DNA of 64,000 nucleotides from Owenia fusiformis (Eukaryota): NCBI GenBank assembly GCA_903813345.2, contig CAIIXF020000001.1, positions 49,290,001 to 49,354,000 of the forward strand, read 5' to 3'. Shown piece by piece: positions 12,780 to 26,205 of this stretch (position 1 is its first letter; each line of letters starts with the position of its first letter). The notes under the pieces were generated by a model. It saw only the letters and a program-made list of their open reading frames with translations, ran no database searches and was not told where the DNA came from. The position numbers and the translations under genes were made by a program.

Positions 12780-14350
12780 CACGTGCAGTATGGCAAGTGA
12801 TTTTAGACAGTCATATCTTTCACCATGAGTACTTTCTGGCTTTTATTAAAACAATATGTTTTCTTTCAAGTGAAGTCCCTATTGATAGTAAAATATCAAT
12901 CCAACTCTCTGAAAAATTATGGATGAGGCCCCCACCCTAGCACTTTATGAAAACTGTTAGGCTTATTTTCTAAAAATAGGATCTTGTTTTTCTCAATTTA
13001 AACATCACCCTTGGTATACGCAGCTAACGAAAATTGACCGGTATGGGTCAAAAGCTGGACCGGTACGGGTTAACGGTTTTATTTGAATTTAAAATAGCCA
13101 TAACTTGCTCAATATTGACTTCCTCGTGTCTAATTTGAAATATATGATGCCTCCCGATGCTTTTAAGTACCCCAATTTTTTACAGATTTTTAAACGGACC
13201 AAAACTCTCTAAATGCGCATTTATGCTCTTTTCTCTCGAGAACGACTGTCTCATTTTCACTATAACTCTTATTTAGTACTTCTAACATATAAGATCTATT
13301 TTTCCCCATCAAGGTATGATGTAAATGACATGCTATTTACATCTTGTGAGTTTCAATGACGCGCGTTTGATTTTATAAAAGATGCCAAACTTTGTGACAA
13401 AGAATTTCATCAGCTATTGCCCCGAACCGGTCCGTCTTCTCGCTACAAGCAGATTGCCCCGAACCGGTCCGTCTTCTCAATGAAAGCAGGATGAAATTCT
13501 TTGTCACAAAGTTTGGCGTTTTTTATAAAATCAAACGCGCGTCATTCAAACTCACAAGATGTAACTAGCATGTCATTTACATCATACCTTGATTGGGAAA
13601 AATAGATCTTATATGTTAGAAGTACTAAATAAAAGTTATCGTGAAAATGAGACAGTCGTTCTCGAGAGAAAAGAGCATAAATGCGCATTTAGAGAGTTTT
13701 GGTCTGTTTAAAAATCTGTAAAAAATTGGGGTACTTAAAAGCATCGGGAGGCATCATATATTTCAAATTAGACACGAGGAAGTCAATATTGAGCAAGTTA
13801 TTGCTGTTTTAAATTCAAATAAAACCGTTAACCCGTACCGGTCCAGCTTTTGACCCGTACCGGTCAATTTTTGTTAGCTGCGTATACCAAGGGTGAACAT
13901 ACCGAAAGTCTATATTAACAATTTCTGAAAAGTGGGTGGGCATTGAAATGAGTTAAAGTTCCATAGGGAATACTCGTGCTATCCATTGTTTTCAGCATAG
14001 TTTTGGTCATCGAAAATTGATATCTTCAAAACTAGACTTTCAATACCATTTTATTTTTGAACATGTCTTAGACCCCTTCTTGAATAATGTTTTCATGCAA
14101 TAAAAATCAGAAAAAGAAGATCCTCTTTTGAGTAAATACTAAATAGGTTCAATATTTTGAAAAAAATGTTGACATGGGGTCCCTATTCATAATTTTTCGA
14201 ATTGTTTGATTTATATTTTTATCATCATGGGTACTTCATTTGAAAGACAACATATTGTTTTGATAAAAACCACTGTATTTATGCCCAGAAAGTACTCATG
14301 GTGAAAGATATGACCGTCTAAAATCACTTGCCATACTGCACGTGGTCCTT
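12780..14350. mobile_element. Kolobok-like long-TIR MITE hosting a nested palindromic element
   Basis: CACGTGCAGTATGGCAAGTGATTTTAGAC... (from 12780) is the inverse of ...GTCTAAAATCACTTGCCATACTGCACGTGGTCCT (to ~14350); similarity extends ~150 bp. Confidence 0.55.
13006..13895. mobile_element. Foldback MITE with ~405-bp TIRs, CAC...GTG ends and 5-bp TSD (Transib-like)
   Basis: Near-perfect palindrome; TSD AACAT at 13001-13005 and 13896-13900; spacer has two 26-bp direct repeats ATTGCCCCGAACCGGTCCGTCTTCTC. Confidence 0.85.
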
Positions 14351-14871
14351 TATGTGCCCTAGATGTAATAGATGGGAAATAAGGAAGTTTGTCAAGGAGG
14401 CAGCAAAGAGGATTGGCTCCCAGAATCGAAACTCGATATTTTCCAACAATGGAAACGTCGAAACGTCGTTATTTTCTGAAATTATAAACGACTATTACTT
14501 CAGAATAAACAGTTGAAAAGATTCGAACCAATATCTCGATCATTTCTCGTGATTTTTGGAATTTTTCGTAAGGAGATAAGACCAAAATTCACGATTCAAA
14601 TGTTGAAGTGAACAAAATGGCGGCTGTTTGAATTTGAATTTTGTATCACAACATGCCCATATATTATCCTTTGCATTCGTTCAACTTCACTTCTTAAATG
14701 AGAGCTTCGTTAGTTTATAACTAGATTCTGTGCACAGGGTGCCCATATATGGGACAAAACTTGGAAGTTTGTTTGAAAAAAACAAGAAGTTACCTTGGTT
14801 GCGACCTTCTCTTGACCTTGAACTTTCAGTGAAGGACTTTCTGGTTGATAATCGAAATAAAACATTGAATT

Positions 14872-15335
14872 TGAACGAAGTTCGTAGGGATATAGAGAAA
14901 TCGTCCGTCCGTCTGTTCGTTCAATTGTTCGTTCGTTTGTCCGGACGATATTTCAATACGCTCAGTCAATTCAAAATGGTCGTCATTTTTCGAGAAAATG
15001 TAACCTTTGATTACTCGAATACCAGTTGACAGATTTGGTTCAAATTTTATGTGATATTTTTTGTGTTATATGCTCAAGATCTTTTCTAGAATGCCGAATT
15101 TCAAAATGGCCACCATTTTTCTTGAAGATAATCTTTGATAAATCAAACACAGCTTAGACTTATTTGGTTTACATTCTATATGCTCTATATGCTGCAATTG
15201 ATTGTAAAATATGTACTTTGATAACTCAAATACCAGTTGAAGGAATGATTAGAGCCATTACAATAGATATCTGTGAGGATGTAGGCAAAGCCACTTGATT
15301 CACCCGGTGCTCACCCCTGTATCAGCGGACAGATT
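14872..15335 (+). mobile_element. Degenerate Helentron/DINE-1-like element
   Basis: GAACGAAGTTCG.AGGGATATAG followed by (CGTC)n and TTCAAAATGGC motifs; same 5' end as the elements ending at 43263 and 49465. Confidence 0.5.
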
Positions 15336-15945
15336 TTACATACTAATGATTTCATCCATTTTTGTCTACTGCATTTTTATGTGCATGTTTTTATTTTTAA
15401 ACAATTTGTTTATCTTCATCAGATCATGTCAATTCTATTATCAAAATTCTAAGTCACATTCCCCGTCCGGGAAATTGAATTTTGTATCACAACATGCCCA
15501 TATATATTATTTTGATTACTCGAATACCAGTTGACAGATTTGGTTCAAATTTTATGTGATATTTTTTGTGTTATATGCTCAAGATCTTTTCTAGAATGCC
15601 GAATTTCAAAATGGCCACCATTTTTCTTGAAGATAATCTTTGATAAATCAAACACAGCTTAGACTTATTTGGTTTACATTCTATATGCTCTATATGCTGC
15701 AATTGATTGTAAAATATGTACTTTGATAACTCAAATACCAGTTGAAGGAATGATTAGAGCCATTACAATAGATATCTGTGAGGATGTAGGCAAAGCCACT
15801 TGATTCACCCGGTGCTCACCCCTGTATCAGCGGACAGATTTTACATACTAATGATTTCATCCATTTTTGTCTACTGCATTTTTATGTGCATGTTTTTATT
15901 TTTAAACAATTTGTTTATCTTCATCAGATCATGTCAATTCTATTA
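15006..15945. repeat. 435-bp tandem duplication (15006-15440, 15511-15945) with a 70-bp junction insert
   Basis: Two apparently identical copies, period 505. Confidence 0.9.
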
Positions 15946-16435
15946 AGACTTGTGAGAGTTGAACGCTGTCTGAAAAACACAATGTGGATTTTAGTTAGAA
16001 AGATAAAATAGCTAATTGTAGTTATAGTAATTCGCCAAAAATATGCATTCACCAATTTTTCAATTTTGCCGAATTCGCCAAAAATATAACTCCAAATTGA
16101 TACTTTTATACAAAGCATGCCACTTCGATAACAGCAAAAATATAACAATAGCAATGCAAAAAATGTATTTCAAAACGCTAAAGCATATACACTTATCGGT
16201 GAGATTTTAAATATCCCAAGGCATTGCAATAATGGTCTGACAAATGTTTTTGTAATGGACTTTAACTAGTGTAACTCTTAAATAACGATTGGGAATATAC
16301 ACTTATCTCTAGCATTTGTATCTTTGGCATTGCGTTTTACAATATCAGATTCTACAATGCAAGTTTTGAAGAATGTTTTAAGTTTTGATATTCAGATTGA
16401 TACCAAATCAGCGTATTGATTAAGTATCAATTGCG

Positions 16436-17277
16436 ATGAAAATAATTCATAACTTTATGAAAGAAATATTTTCTCTTCTTATTTTACTATCTGCACTCTA
16501 TTTGATACTAAATCAGTATTCAGCTGATGTAATATGGAAAAGATCTCGAGCAAGACTTCTTGAGTCATTGCGAAATGACAATATGCTCAATGTTGATGAT
16601 GATCTCGATAATAAACATAAAGGAGTGATTGATCGAGAACATCGGGGAGATAGTGCTCAAATTGACGATAGATTGGAAGAGATATATAGGAGATTAAACC
16701 ATACTGATCCAGTGGATTGTGCACAAATTATAAACAAAGATGAAGATGCTATCACGCACGCCCAGAATTACATGAGAGAACACAAACAGGCGATTATCTC
16801 TGATAACGTATTTGTAGAGCTGACCCAAAATTGTGAAATTTTCAAAACTCGGCGTGGATATCACACTAAACCTCTTAGTGCAATAGAAAACAAGTTTCCA
16901 GTTGCGTTTCAGATAGCTATGTACAGAGACGTTGAGCAAGTAGAACGGCTTCTTAGAGCTATTTATTTTCCACAGAATCTTTATTGCATACACGTGGAAA
17001 TGATGTCACATGAGGCATACATTGCAATATCCAGCATAGCTGCTTGTTTTCCAAATGTGTTTCTCAGCTCAAAGAGAACTAAAGTTGTATGGGGAGCATT
17101 TGGCAACTTGGAACTTTATCTCAACTGCATGTCAGATCTGGTTATGTTTTACCGTGGTCGATGGAAATATTTCATCAATCTAACAGGGCAAGAATTTCCA
17201 CTCAAAACAAATGCAGAAATAGTTGCAATATTGCGGACTCTAAATGGAACAAATGACATCGCCGGATCTGAATCTGC
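16436..17277 (+). CDS. Core-2/I-branching beta-1,6-N-acetylglucosaminyltransferase (GT14), coding exon 1
   Basis: N-terminal TM anchor; FPVAFQI, RLLRAIYFPQNLYCIHV, WKYFINLTGQEFPLKTN motifs; donor GC|GTAGGT, phase 2. Confidence 0.92.
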
Positions 17278-17421
17278 GTAGGTTTTATTTTAGCCATCTC
17301 TCTTACCAATGGTGTCTTAAACTATATTTGTATATGTCTCATTCATAACTGGACTTTGTCTGGTTCAGATTCGTTGTCACTAAGAATGAAACCAACCAAT
17401 ATATGTACATTTGATTTTTAG

Positions 17422-17690
17422 TGCAAAGGGACTAACATACCGTTGGAATTTTCTATGGGACGAGAACCGACATATGCAGCCAATACCAAAGCAGCCTCCA
17501 CCACACAACTTGGTCATGCACAAGGGAACCGTCTATGGAGTCTTCAGCAGACGCTTTGTAGAGTTTCTCATGGAAGATGAAGTTGCACAAGACTTTCTGG
17601 ATTGGTGTAAAACGACTGCTAATCCAGATGAACATTTTTTCAACACACTTAATCATAATCCGCATATTAATGCTCCTGGACAATTTGAAG
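17422..17690 (+). CDS. GCNT-family glycosyltransferase, coding exon 2
   Basis: TTTTAG acceptor; PPPHNL, KGTVYGVFSRRFV, NPDEHFFNTL (PDE motif); donor G|GTAATA, phase 1. Confidence 0.92.
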
Positions 17691-17880
17691 GTAATATACT
17701 AATCACTCAAAAATACCCTTCAACGTTTCATTGATAGCCAAATGCTTTAGGTCAAACATGTGTGTTATTTTTACTTGTAACGTTCTCTTTAATAAAATGT
17801 CTTGATAGAATTAGTTATCATGAAGCTGCATATATTGCCACCTATTTATTTTGGAAATAGATTCAAAGGTGTATCTTATA

Positions 17881-18437
17881 CAGGGTGGTCAAAAAATGGA
17901 AACCCTGCATTTTTCTCATATCTTTGTCATTTTAAGAAATTACTCCCCTCACACATTTGTAAATCATTAAATTTCCTATTACCCTACCATATTTCATGAC
18001 GATCGGACTGATAGTCACGATTTTACAGCACTTTGAACAACATGCTGCAGGTTTGGCCATCATCGCGCTGTAGGCAAACCTGCACAGTTGTCAATGACCC
18101 AAATGTATTTCTCAGCAGGTATGACTTGAATGATACAGATGATCTCATTTTTGAGGTCTGCAATTGTCCTGAGGTCATTCTTATACACTCTATCTCTGCC
18201 ATATCCCCATAGGTAGGGACATTTTGGACGATATGTGCGGGTTTCTCTATACCGCAATAGTGGCCAACGGGAATGTTCTTTAAAGTGCTGTAACACTGTG
18301 ACTATCAATCTGATGGTCAAGAAATATAGTAGACCAGTAGGAAATTGAATGATGTACAAATGTGTAAAGTTATTTCTCAAAATGACAAAGATATTAGGAA
18401 AACGGTGTAAGGGTTTCCAGTTTTTTTGACCACCCTG
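17881..18437 (-). mobile_element. Internally deleted Tc1/mariner element in GCNT intron 2
   Basis: TA|CAGGGTGGTCAAAAAA...TTTTTTGACCACCCTG|TA; minus-strand relic YLWGYGRDRVYKNDLRTIADLKNEI resembles a Tc1/mariner transposase C-terminus. Confidence 0.85.
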
Positions 18438-18577
18438 TATTTCACTCGTATCCTCTGTTATTGCACCTTCGCTCATTCGGCTCCCTTCGGTCGAACGTAA
18501 TGAAGACCAAGCTTCATGAAAATGTTGTTATTCATCTGCATTCTATAACAAACATACTCTCATACTTGTCGTTGCAG

Positions 18578-18894
18578 GCACCTCATTCCAAGAAGATGCA
18601 CACCGTCCAAATTCCATTTCAAAAGCAGTGATATGGGGTGACAACAAGAATCGTCATTGCTATGGAAAATTCGTTAGAACTGTCTGCATTTATGGCATCA
18701 AGGACTTGCCGTTTCTTGTTCAGTCACCGTACCTATTCGCCAATAAGTTCGACTATAGCTTTGAACCTGTTGGGTATACTTGCCTTGAACGGCATATGTT
18801 AAAAAAAACGTTAAATCCCGAATTGTCTAATCTGGATATGTCGCATTATGAGAATTTGTTAAATGTACAGCTGGGCAGGCACAACGGCATTTGA
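18578..18894 (+). CDS. GCNT-family glycosyltransferase, last coding exon (spliced protein ~475 aa)
   Basis: TTGCAG acceptor; CYGKFVRTVCIYGIKDLPFL...LFANKFD motif; TGA stop. Confidence 0.92.
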
Positions 18895-19949
18895 AACACT
18901 TTTAGGATATTTTAAAGGTATTTGATTCTAATGGAAAACACTACGTGAGTTTAAAGGGGCATGCTCATCCGTTTTCTGCATGTCAAAATAGATGGATCAA
19001 CACTAAAACGTGCAAATACTGTATATCTTGTTATACTATGTATCAATTTCGACATTGTCTCAGAATGGAAATTTTGCAGATTCTTGTCCAGGAAATCATG
19101 GAATGTATTTCAGATATTTAGGATGCGGATATTTCGAAATTCATTACAATTGAAAAAGGAGACGTCCACTTTCAAAAGTTTGGCTAACTAACCTTATCAA
19201 GACATTTGTGAAACAAAGTTAGAGCTCAGGGAACTTTTAGAAAGAAGCAGTTAGATGGAATGCTGTAACCAAAAATTGGATTGGAGCACTGCTTAATACA
19301 TGTATATGTAGCACGATTCCCATTTTCAAAATATATCACATCAACAAGTAGATCTATTCTTTCTTCATCTCCAAACTTTATTTTTCAAACCATATAAAAT
19401 TACTGAATTGTGTCATTTTGGAAAGTAACTCCCAACTCCTCTCTTTGCAATGCTGCCCTTTAAAGCTATAGAGAGAGTGGTTTGATCAGCTATGGAATAC
19501 TGTATGATTTTTTGGACCGCCCTGTATATGTCGCACTGATTTTCAAAATTGATTACATAAAATGTAACAACTGGATCCGTTCGTTTTCATCTCCAAACTT
19601 TAATTTTAAATGTTTGTATGTTCATGTTTAATTGTCTTTTGAAAATGCAATCCATCCATCTTTCACCATTCAAGAAACTATTGATCGTTCCTTGTAATTA
19701 AAGGTACAGGTAGTATATCCAACAATGATGGTACACAGTTAAATCATTTCCAATGTTGAGCATAAAGATAAACGATGAGGCAAAATTTTACATCGTGTCT
19801 TGTTTAATTCCTCACGCCGCGTAGTAGTATTTACAAATCCTCTCCATAGAAGAATCTGGAAAATGTATTTTCACAATGTCTTTAATTTTTTAACTCATTC
19901 TGTTCAATTTATAGATATGTTCACAGTCTGCTGTACAACTTTATACCCG

Positions 19950-19974
19950 TTATAGATCTTCACCATGAAAGAAC
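19950..19974 (-). CDS. Candidate last coding exon of a secreted Cys-rich peptide (R-FFHGEDL-stop)
   Basis: Acceptor TTTTCAG|G completes the phase-2 AG codon left by exon 20641-20867; TAA stop. Confidence 0.45.
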
Positions 19975-20640
19975 CTGAAAACATATTCAAACTAATGTTA
20001 TGCATACTTAGTTGTCCATCTTTCCTTACGGTCACACCGAACTATATTTGCTACAATTAAAACAGATAATTAACTAATTCACTCATAGCTAGGCAGTGTG
20101 TGCCCGATTCCAGCCAATCCGAACACCGTATTTCATATAACTGCATTGCATTATATAACCAATAACCCACCCAAGGTCACTCGTTGAATGGTTGTCAAGG
20201 CGACAACTTGACTCTACATATTGAAATTGATGCTTTGCCAACGTGACCAAAAAGTTTCATTGAAAATATGTTATTTAGTGATTTCGTATCGTTTACTAGA
20301 TGATTTCGTGCTCAGAAAATATTTTGCAATGTGTGAAAATAATTCAAGCCCAAGACGTGAATGATTGCTGATTAATTCTACTCAGGCGTTATTTCCTAAG
20401 CTTCACACTCGATGCTGCGCATCTCGTTCAAAGGTTGAAATAACACCTTTTTGAAGAATGAGTCAGTCTACATTGCTCTGACTCCAGGGCTTAAATCCTT
20501 AATCAGACTGTCAGACACTGATTTGCCACCTCACTTGCTATCAATGTGTTTTCTCTTGATCTTTTTAAGTGAAAGTTCAATCTGCAATGTAAGACAATGT
20601 GATGCGTATCAGAACGCATCCGTGCCACATCTGTCGTTAC

Positions 20641-20867
20641 CTTTTACAAAGGTTCCAAGAACTGTCTGTATTGCAGCATTTTCTATATAAACTATGCTGC
20701 CCATCGAAGTTTCCTTGATGTTTCTTGACACAATGGTAGCACACGGCATGCCTTGACTTGCACCATGGTGGCTCGATGGCACTCCCCATCACTATGGATA
20801 CTAGACTCAGCAGTGTTAGTGTCGTCACCAGGATTGAGTGATCTTTTGGAAATGGCAAAAGTCTCAT
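20641..20867 (-). CDS. Candidate secreted six-cysteine peptide precursor, main exon
   Basis: Acceptor TTTTAG 5 nt before the ATG; hydrophobic signal-like stretch ILVTTLTLLSLVSIVMG; C-X6-C-X2-C-X17-CC-X8-C; donor AG|GTAACG. Confidence 0.6.
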
Positions 20868-23036
20868 CTTGCCTAAAATGATAAGGACGTTAATATTTCA
20901 AGACGGACATAACATTAGGTATAGTTGAAAGCCCATGGTATCTTATACTAATATAAAGGCACCAAGAAAAATTATGAAAATAGTGTATATATTATTGTCT
21001 CTACAAAACAAAATAGATTGATAATTGATTAAACAAAAGTGTATAAGCATTTACAAAAAGGTTCCCAGCTAGAACACAATGACAAGTTTTGAAACCAGTT
21101 CAATTTCATAACAGGTGAATTGAAAACAATGCTAGTAGTTCAAGTATACTTAGGCTGAACAAGTCCAATGTGATCGGTTAAAAAATTCCCTTATATAGTC
21201 TCATCCCTGGAATCTAATCCTACTATTTTGCTATCGGTGGCTACAATAAAAGCAAACTTACTGTTATAATTACAATATACGATTTTATATTTTAGTTCTG
21301 CTCCTCCAGCATTAACTTTTGATTATATATTTTATCCCTTGGTTATCTAATGTTTCAGATATTCGATGCCTATATCTTTGGCTACATGTTCATTGAAATG
21401 GTTTCATCATTTTGCCACGTCTTTATTTCTGAATTGGCATCACGCAGTAAGTTGTTGATTGAGAAATTAAAGAAACAGAAATATAAATACTTCTGGCAAC
21501 AGCTTGAGAGTCTGAATTTGAATTTGATTTCATATTTTAATTAATACATGATTATTGATCCGTTATTGTATGCTTTAACAGAAGGTAAATTCTATTTTTT
21601 AATCTTAAGAAATCACTGGTGGGCTAAAATGCAGAAAAAAGCAAAAAATCATTACAAAAATTTTAGAATATTCCGGGCTTGTAGCAATCCTTGTAATTCG
21701 TATTTTCTTAAAAGCGAATTATACTTTATTCTAGGGCTAACTAGTGTTCATTTCCTTTAAAGAGGCAACAAGGTCTGTAGAGAGGGAATTCGCAAATCTT
21801 ACTTCAGGACAACATCTGGCTTAACATACCTATTTTCAAAATTAATGTATGGATAAACTATCATTAAGAAGAATATCAGCTGAAATAATGTTCATCCAGG
21901 GGGTTTCTTTGGAGATAATAAAAATATATGTTAGTCTTGATGAAATATCCAAACTTAGATATATTTTGACACTGGTCCATGATCGTTGAATACTCTGCGC
22001 GCAGAGTCTAGTTCAAATCCAGAAATTACCAGTCACTTTCTTTATCAGGAGAGCTGTCAACACAAGAAGTGTTCTAAGCAGCTCTAGTGAAACTTGGTGC
22101 TGTGTTTTGGTCTAATACAAGATGCAGCCTAATTGTAAATAAAATACAGTTATCCATGTACGTAATATGGTTCAACAAAAAAACAACAACTAAATATGAG
22201 AAACTTATGTGGTATATGCCATGTTTATGTGTCTGATCATATAATCTTGAAATTATCCATCAATTTCTTAAGAAATTGGCGAAATTAAGGAAACCAGAAA
22301 ACACATTTGATGAATTTAACATTACGATTGCTGGATATGTATAAACTACAAGACGAAGCTCTCTTTTAAGAAGTGAAGTCGAACGAATGCAAAGGGTAAT
22401 CGTTGAATGGCCCCTCTGCACGATAGTGCCGACAACAAAATCGAGCATAAAAAGATGTTCGTGATCTTTTTATTAATTTTTTCTATAAGACCTCGTAAAA
22501 TAAGTGTCTGTCGGAGTATGGTATATTCAGCCATGGGCCGAAAAACGTCCATATCTAAATTTTCGATAACCTTTTCAATAATGCATGGATTTTAAAAACA
22601 TTTCTGATTGAAATGCCAAAATGTGTTCTTGCAATGGTTCCTAAATGGGATTAATAAATCTTCATGGGTTCTTCGATACAAAAATACAATACGTATATAG
22701 ACCACAGGGGTGTAAACGAAAATATACAGTTCTCATGATAATTTTCGAAGCAGCAATTTTGATATTCAATTCAAAGTGCCGTCGCCTTATTTCAATGAGC
22801 AAAGCAGGTCATTTATACAAGATAGCATTACAAAAAGATTTACAAACAATTAATCTATTTAACTCAAAAGCTGCTTTTTCGCACCGAAATTGAACCACCA
22901 ATGTGCAATGTAAATACCTGTTGTTTAATATTCTGCACGAATTCGTCAGACTTGGATCCTGAATCCGCCCCTGTGAGGAAGATGAATTTGAATGGGCCGG
23001 GTACATACAATTGCACTGAACGAACAAGTTCGAGAG

Positions 23037-26000
23037 ATTCAAGATTCAAGATTCAAGATTTTATTGTGTTTCAAACCAAACACTTGGTTTCCTCACAAAA
23101 TCAATTACAAGACATTTACATATAATTATACAGTTAAAAAAACAACATGCATTGTTTCACAAATACCATCATACAATCTTTCCTTTTTCAAATAGCTCCC
23201 GACGCTGATTAAAAAGTTTATTTATAAAATGTATCAATTCGTTAACAATTTCAAAATCATCAGAAGTCATCAAAAAGTTATATTTTTCTTTATCCGACAT
23301 ATTATCAAATGTGTCAATAAAACTTAGTTTATTAAAAAATTCAAATCTACATTTTTTATAGCCATCACACACAAGAAGAAAATGCTTTTCATCCTCTACT
23401 TCCCCCTTATTGCAAATCTGACAAATTCTTTCATTTATTTCAAGTCGATGCTGTTTAGTGCCATCTTTTTTCTTTTTCTCGTGTCTCCCTGTTTCAATTC
23501 TTAAATTATGGTTTGCTAATCTAAACCTGGCCATTTTAAAAATTAACATTTTGTTCACGCTTAATGTTAAATATCTTTCCAGATTGTAATCAATTTTCAT
23601 ATAATTTCCAAGTTTTCTATTTTCCCTTATAGCTCTATCATTAAGTTCTATATATTTTCTTTGCATTTCAAGTTTAATTGCTTTTAGTAATCGTTTTATT
23701 CCAAACGTACTCCCATTTTCAAAGACATGTTGAAAATGAAAGTACTTTAATATGCATTCCATATGTTTGACATATATGTTATTTTTATCCCGAAATGATA
23801 TATTTATTAAGCTATCCGCGTTTGTTTGATGCACACATTTCAACCAATATTTTATGGAATATATAAGTGAGTCTATAGCTAATGGAAATCTTCCTAAATC
23901 TTTTTTAACGGCATAACTTGAAGTATATTTGTTAACCCCTAAAAGGAATTTGCAAAATTTATTGTGTATTTTTTCAGGAATAAAGTCTTCATAAGAACTC
24001 TCTAGTTTAAGGTCCCCTTGACTAATCCTTCTGTCAACTTTCAAGTGAAGCATTGACCAAAATTCACTTCCGTATAATAATATAGGCTTAACACACATGT
24101 CAAAGATTTTTGTGTGCAATTCTACATTGATAGTTGAAAACTTAAAATTTTGTCTCATCATAAAAATAACTTTCATCGCCTTCTTACTTAATTCTGATAT
24201 GCCATGTTTCAAACTCCCAGAGCTTTTTAAAACAAATCCCAAATATTTATATTCATTTACTTTTTCTATATTTATACTTCCAAATTTAAAATGACTGTGT
24301 TTTATTATTTTTCCTGATTTATTAAAAATCACAACTTTCGTTTTTTCAATATTAATGTTTAATTTCCATTTTGAACAATATGTTTTTAGTTTATCAAGAC
24401 AGTATTGTAGTCCCTCATTTGTTTCTGATATCAAGACCAGATCATCCGCATATAAGAGTACATTTATTAACGTTTCATCATTACTACCGATTTTGACAGG
24501 CTTACATTGGTCATCAAAAATATCTATTATGTCATTTATATATAAGTTGAAACATAAAGGACTGATTAAGCAGCCTTGTTTTAATCCTAATTTAGAGTGT
24601 ATTGGACTTGTTAACCCGTTTTTAAGTTTTACTCTGTATATGACACTTGAGTACATGTTATCGATTATATCATATATTTTGCCTCCCATGCCTAGATTTT
24701 TTAATTTCTGCAATAAAAGTGGCCTGGGTATGCTATCATAGGCTTTTCTGAAATCTACAAAGCATGTATATAAATATTTCCCTACCGTCACGTGTTTATC
24801 AATTAGCTGTTTCAATATCAATAAGTGATCTGCAGTTCGGCAATTCTTTTTAAACCCGATTTGTTCTCTATGAATTATATTTTGCGACTCTATGAATTCT
24901 TCCATTCTTTTATTCAAAATATCCGCAAACAATTTACTCATTGCACTTGATAACGCAATCCCACGATAATTATTTGGTAATAAATAATCTCCACTTTTAA
25001 ATAAAGGTTTAATTAGACTCTCTCTCCATTGAGTAGGGTAAATGTTATTGTCAAGGATATTATTAAAAAGATTTCTTATCACCTGTATCAACATGTCTGG
25101 ACTATTTTTTAACATTTCATTTCTAATTGAATCTAAACCAACGGCTTTATTGCTCTTCAACTTATTTATACTTTTTTTAAGTTCTTTCATTGATATTCCA
25201 CGATTAAAGTGTTCTATGTCAATAAAAGTATAATTATTATCCTTTTTGCTATCATATTTACCAACTTGTTCCATATTCTCTTTCATTAAATCTTTGAAAT
25301 ATCGAACCCATTTATCGGGAGCTATTTGATTACATTTATCATCCTTAACATCATGTTTACCATCTTTGAATTCCTCTATGGTTTTCCAAAATGCTTTCGG
25401 GTCATTTTTTTCTAGTTTCATTACACCTCTCACCAATTTATCCTTATATTCTCGTTTCTTTTTACGTATAACTGATTTATATATTTTTCTTAATCTATTC
25501 AATTCTTTAATATTTCCATCTGTTGGGCATTGCCCTACTAGTACTCCAATATTTCTTATTCGTTTTTTCAAACATTTACAATCTGTATCAAACCATTTGT
25601 TCTTCACCTTCTTGTTTTTAGAATGACCCCCGTACTTACAATTGGCCTACATTTAATAGCAATTGTTGCATGCTTATAAATATCAACTATTTTTTTAACA
25701 ATATCGTTCAGGTAATCTTTGTTGCTATTATACTCTCTAAGTTTTATTCCCATAACATGTTTTATTTCTTGTTCAACTCCAACTGAGCTCATGTGTACCT
25801 TAAACTTTTCAGCAATAATATCATTCCATTTAGGAGTCACGGGAATTGGTTCTAGATTCGTAATATCTTCGTTATCGTTCAACACTCTCACCATGTCTAA
25901 TGCAACACATATTTGACAATGATCAGAAAACTCTGTTAAATCTTGAACCTTAAAAAACAATACTTTTTTTAATAACTCTACATCTACAATACAGAAGTCG

Positions 26001-26205
26001 ATTGTCGAAGCACCGTTGTACTGGTAACACGTCAATTTCCCCATACTATCACCCACTGTCCTACCATTTAGAATACGCATCTGACTTGAAATACATAACT
26101 CTAGCATTTCTTTGCCCCATGCATCAGTTTTTTCATATTTTTTTGAATTTCTGTCCCTCATAACATTATCTACTTGGTAATTTGCTGGTAGGAAATCATT
26201 ACACC
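23037..26205 (-). mobile_element. 5'-truncated non-LTR retrotransposon (APE endonuclease + RT; RTEX/CR1-group-like)
   Basis: EN C-terminus (LNGRT...STIDF...SDH), RT (YRGIAL, QIGF, FVDFRKAYD, LKQG, LLYADD), C-terminal LRIETGR...C..C...EDEKHF...C; AATAAA and (TTGAATC)n tail; TSD TCGAGAG at 23030-23036 and 26206-26212. Confidence 0.93.
23169..26161 (-). pseudogene. LINE ORF2 (endonuclease/reverse transcriptase) split by one frameshift near 25607-25650
   Basis: Overlapping ORFs 25604-26161 and 23169-25607 in different frames encode consecutive ORF2 parts. Confidence 0.9.

Noticed and set aside
18955..19459. Possible TTAA-flanked Kolobok-like element after the GCNT stop
   Set aside because: Terminal inverted similarity too short and weak
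3160..22400. Shared TTAAGAAGTGAAGT..AACGAATGCAAAGG at ~3160, ~14670 (-) and ~22366
   Set aside because: Most simply fragments of an old dispersed repeat; ends could not be defined
24097..25916. Several + strand ORFs
   Set aside because: Antisense shadows of LINE ORF2
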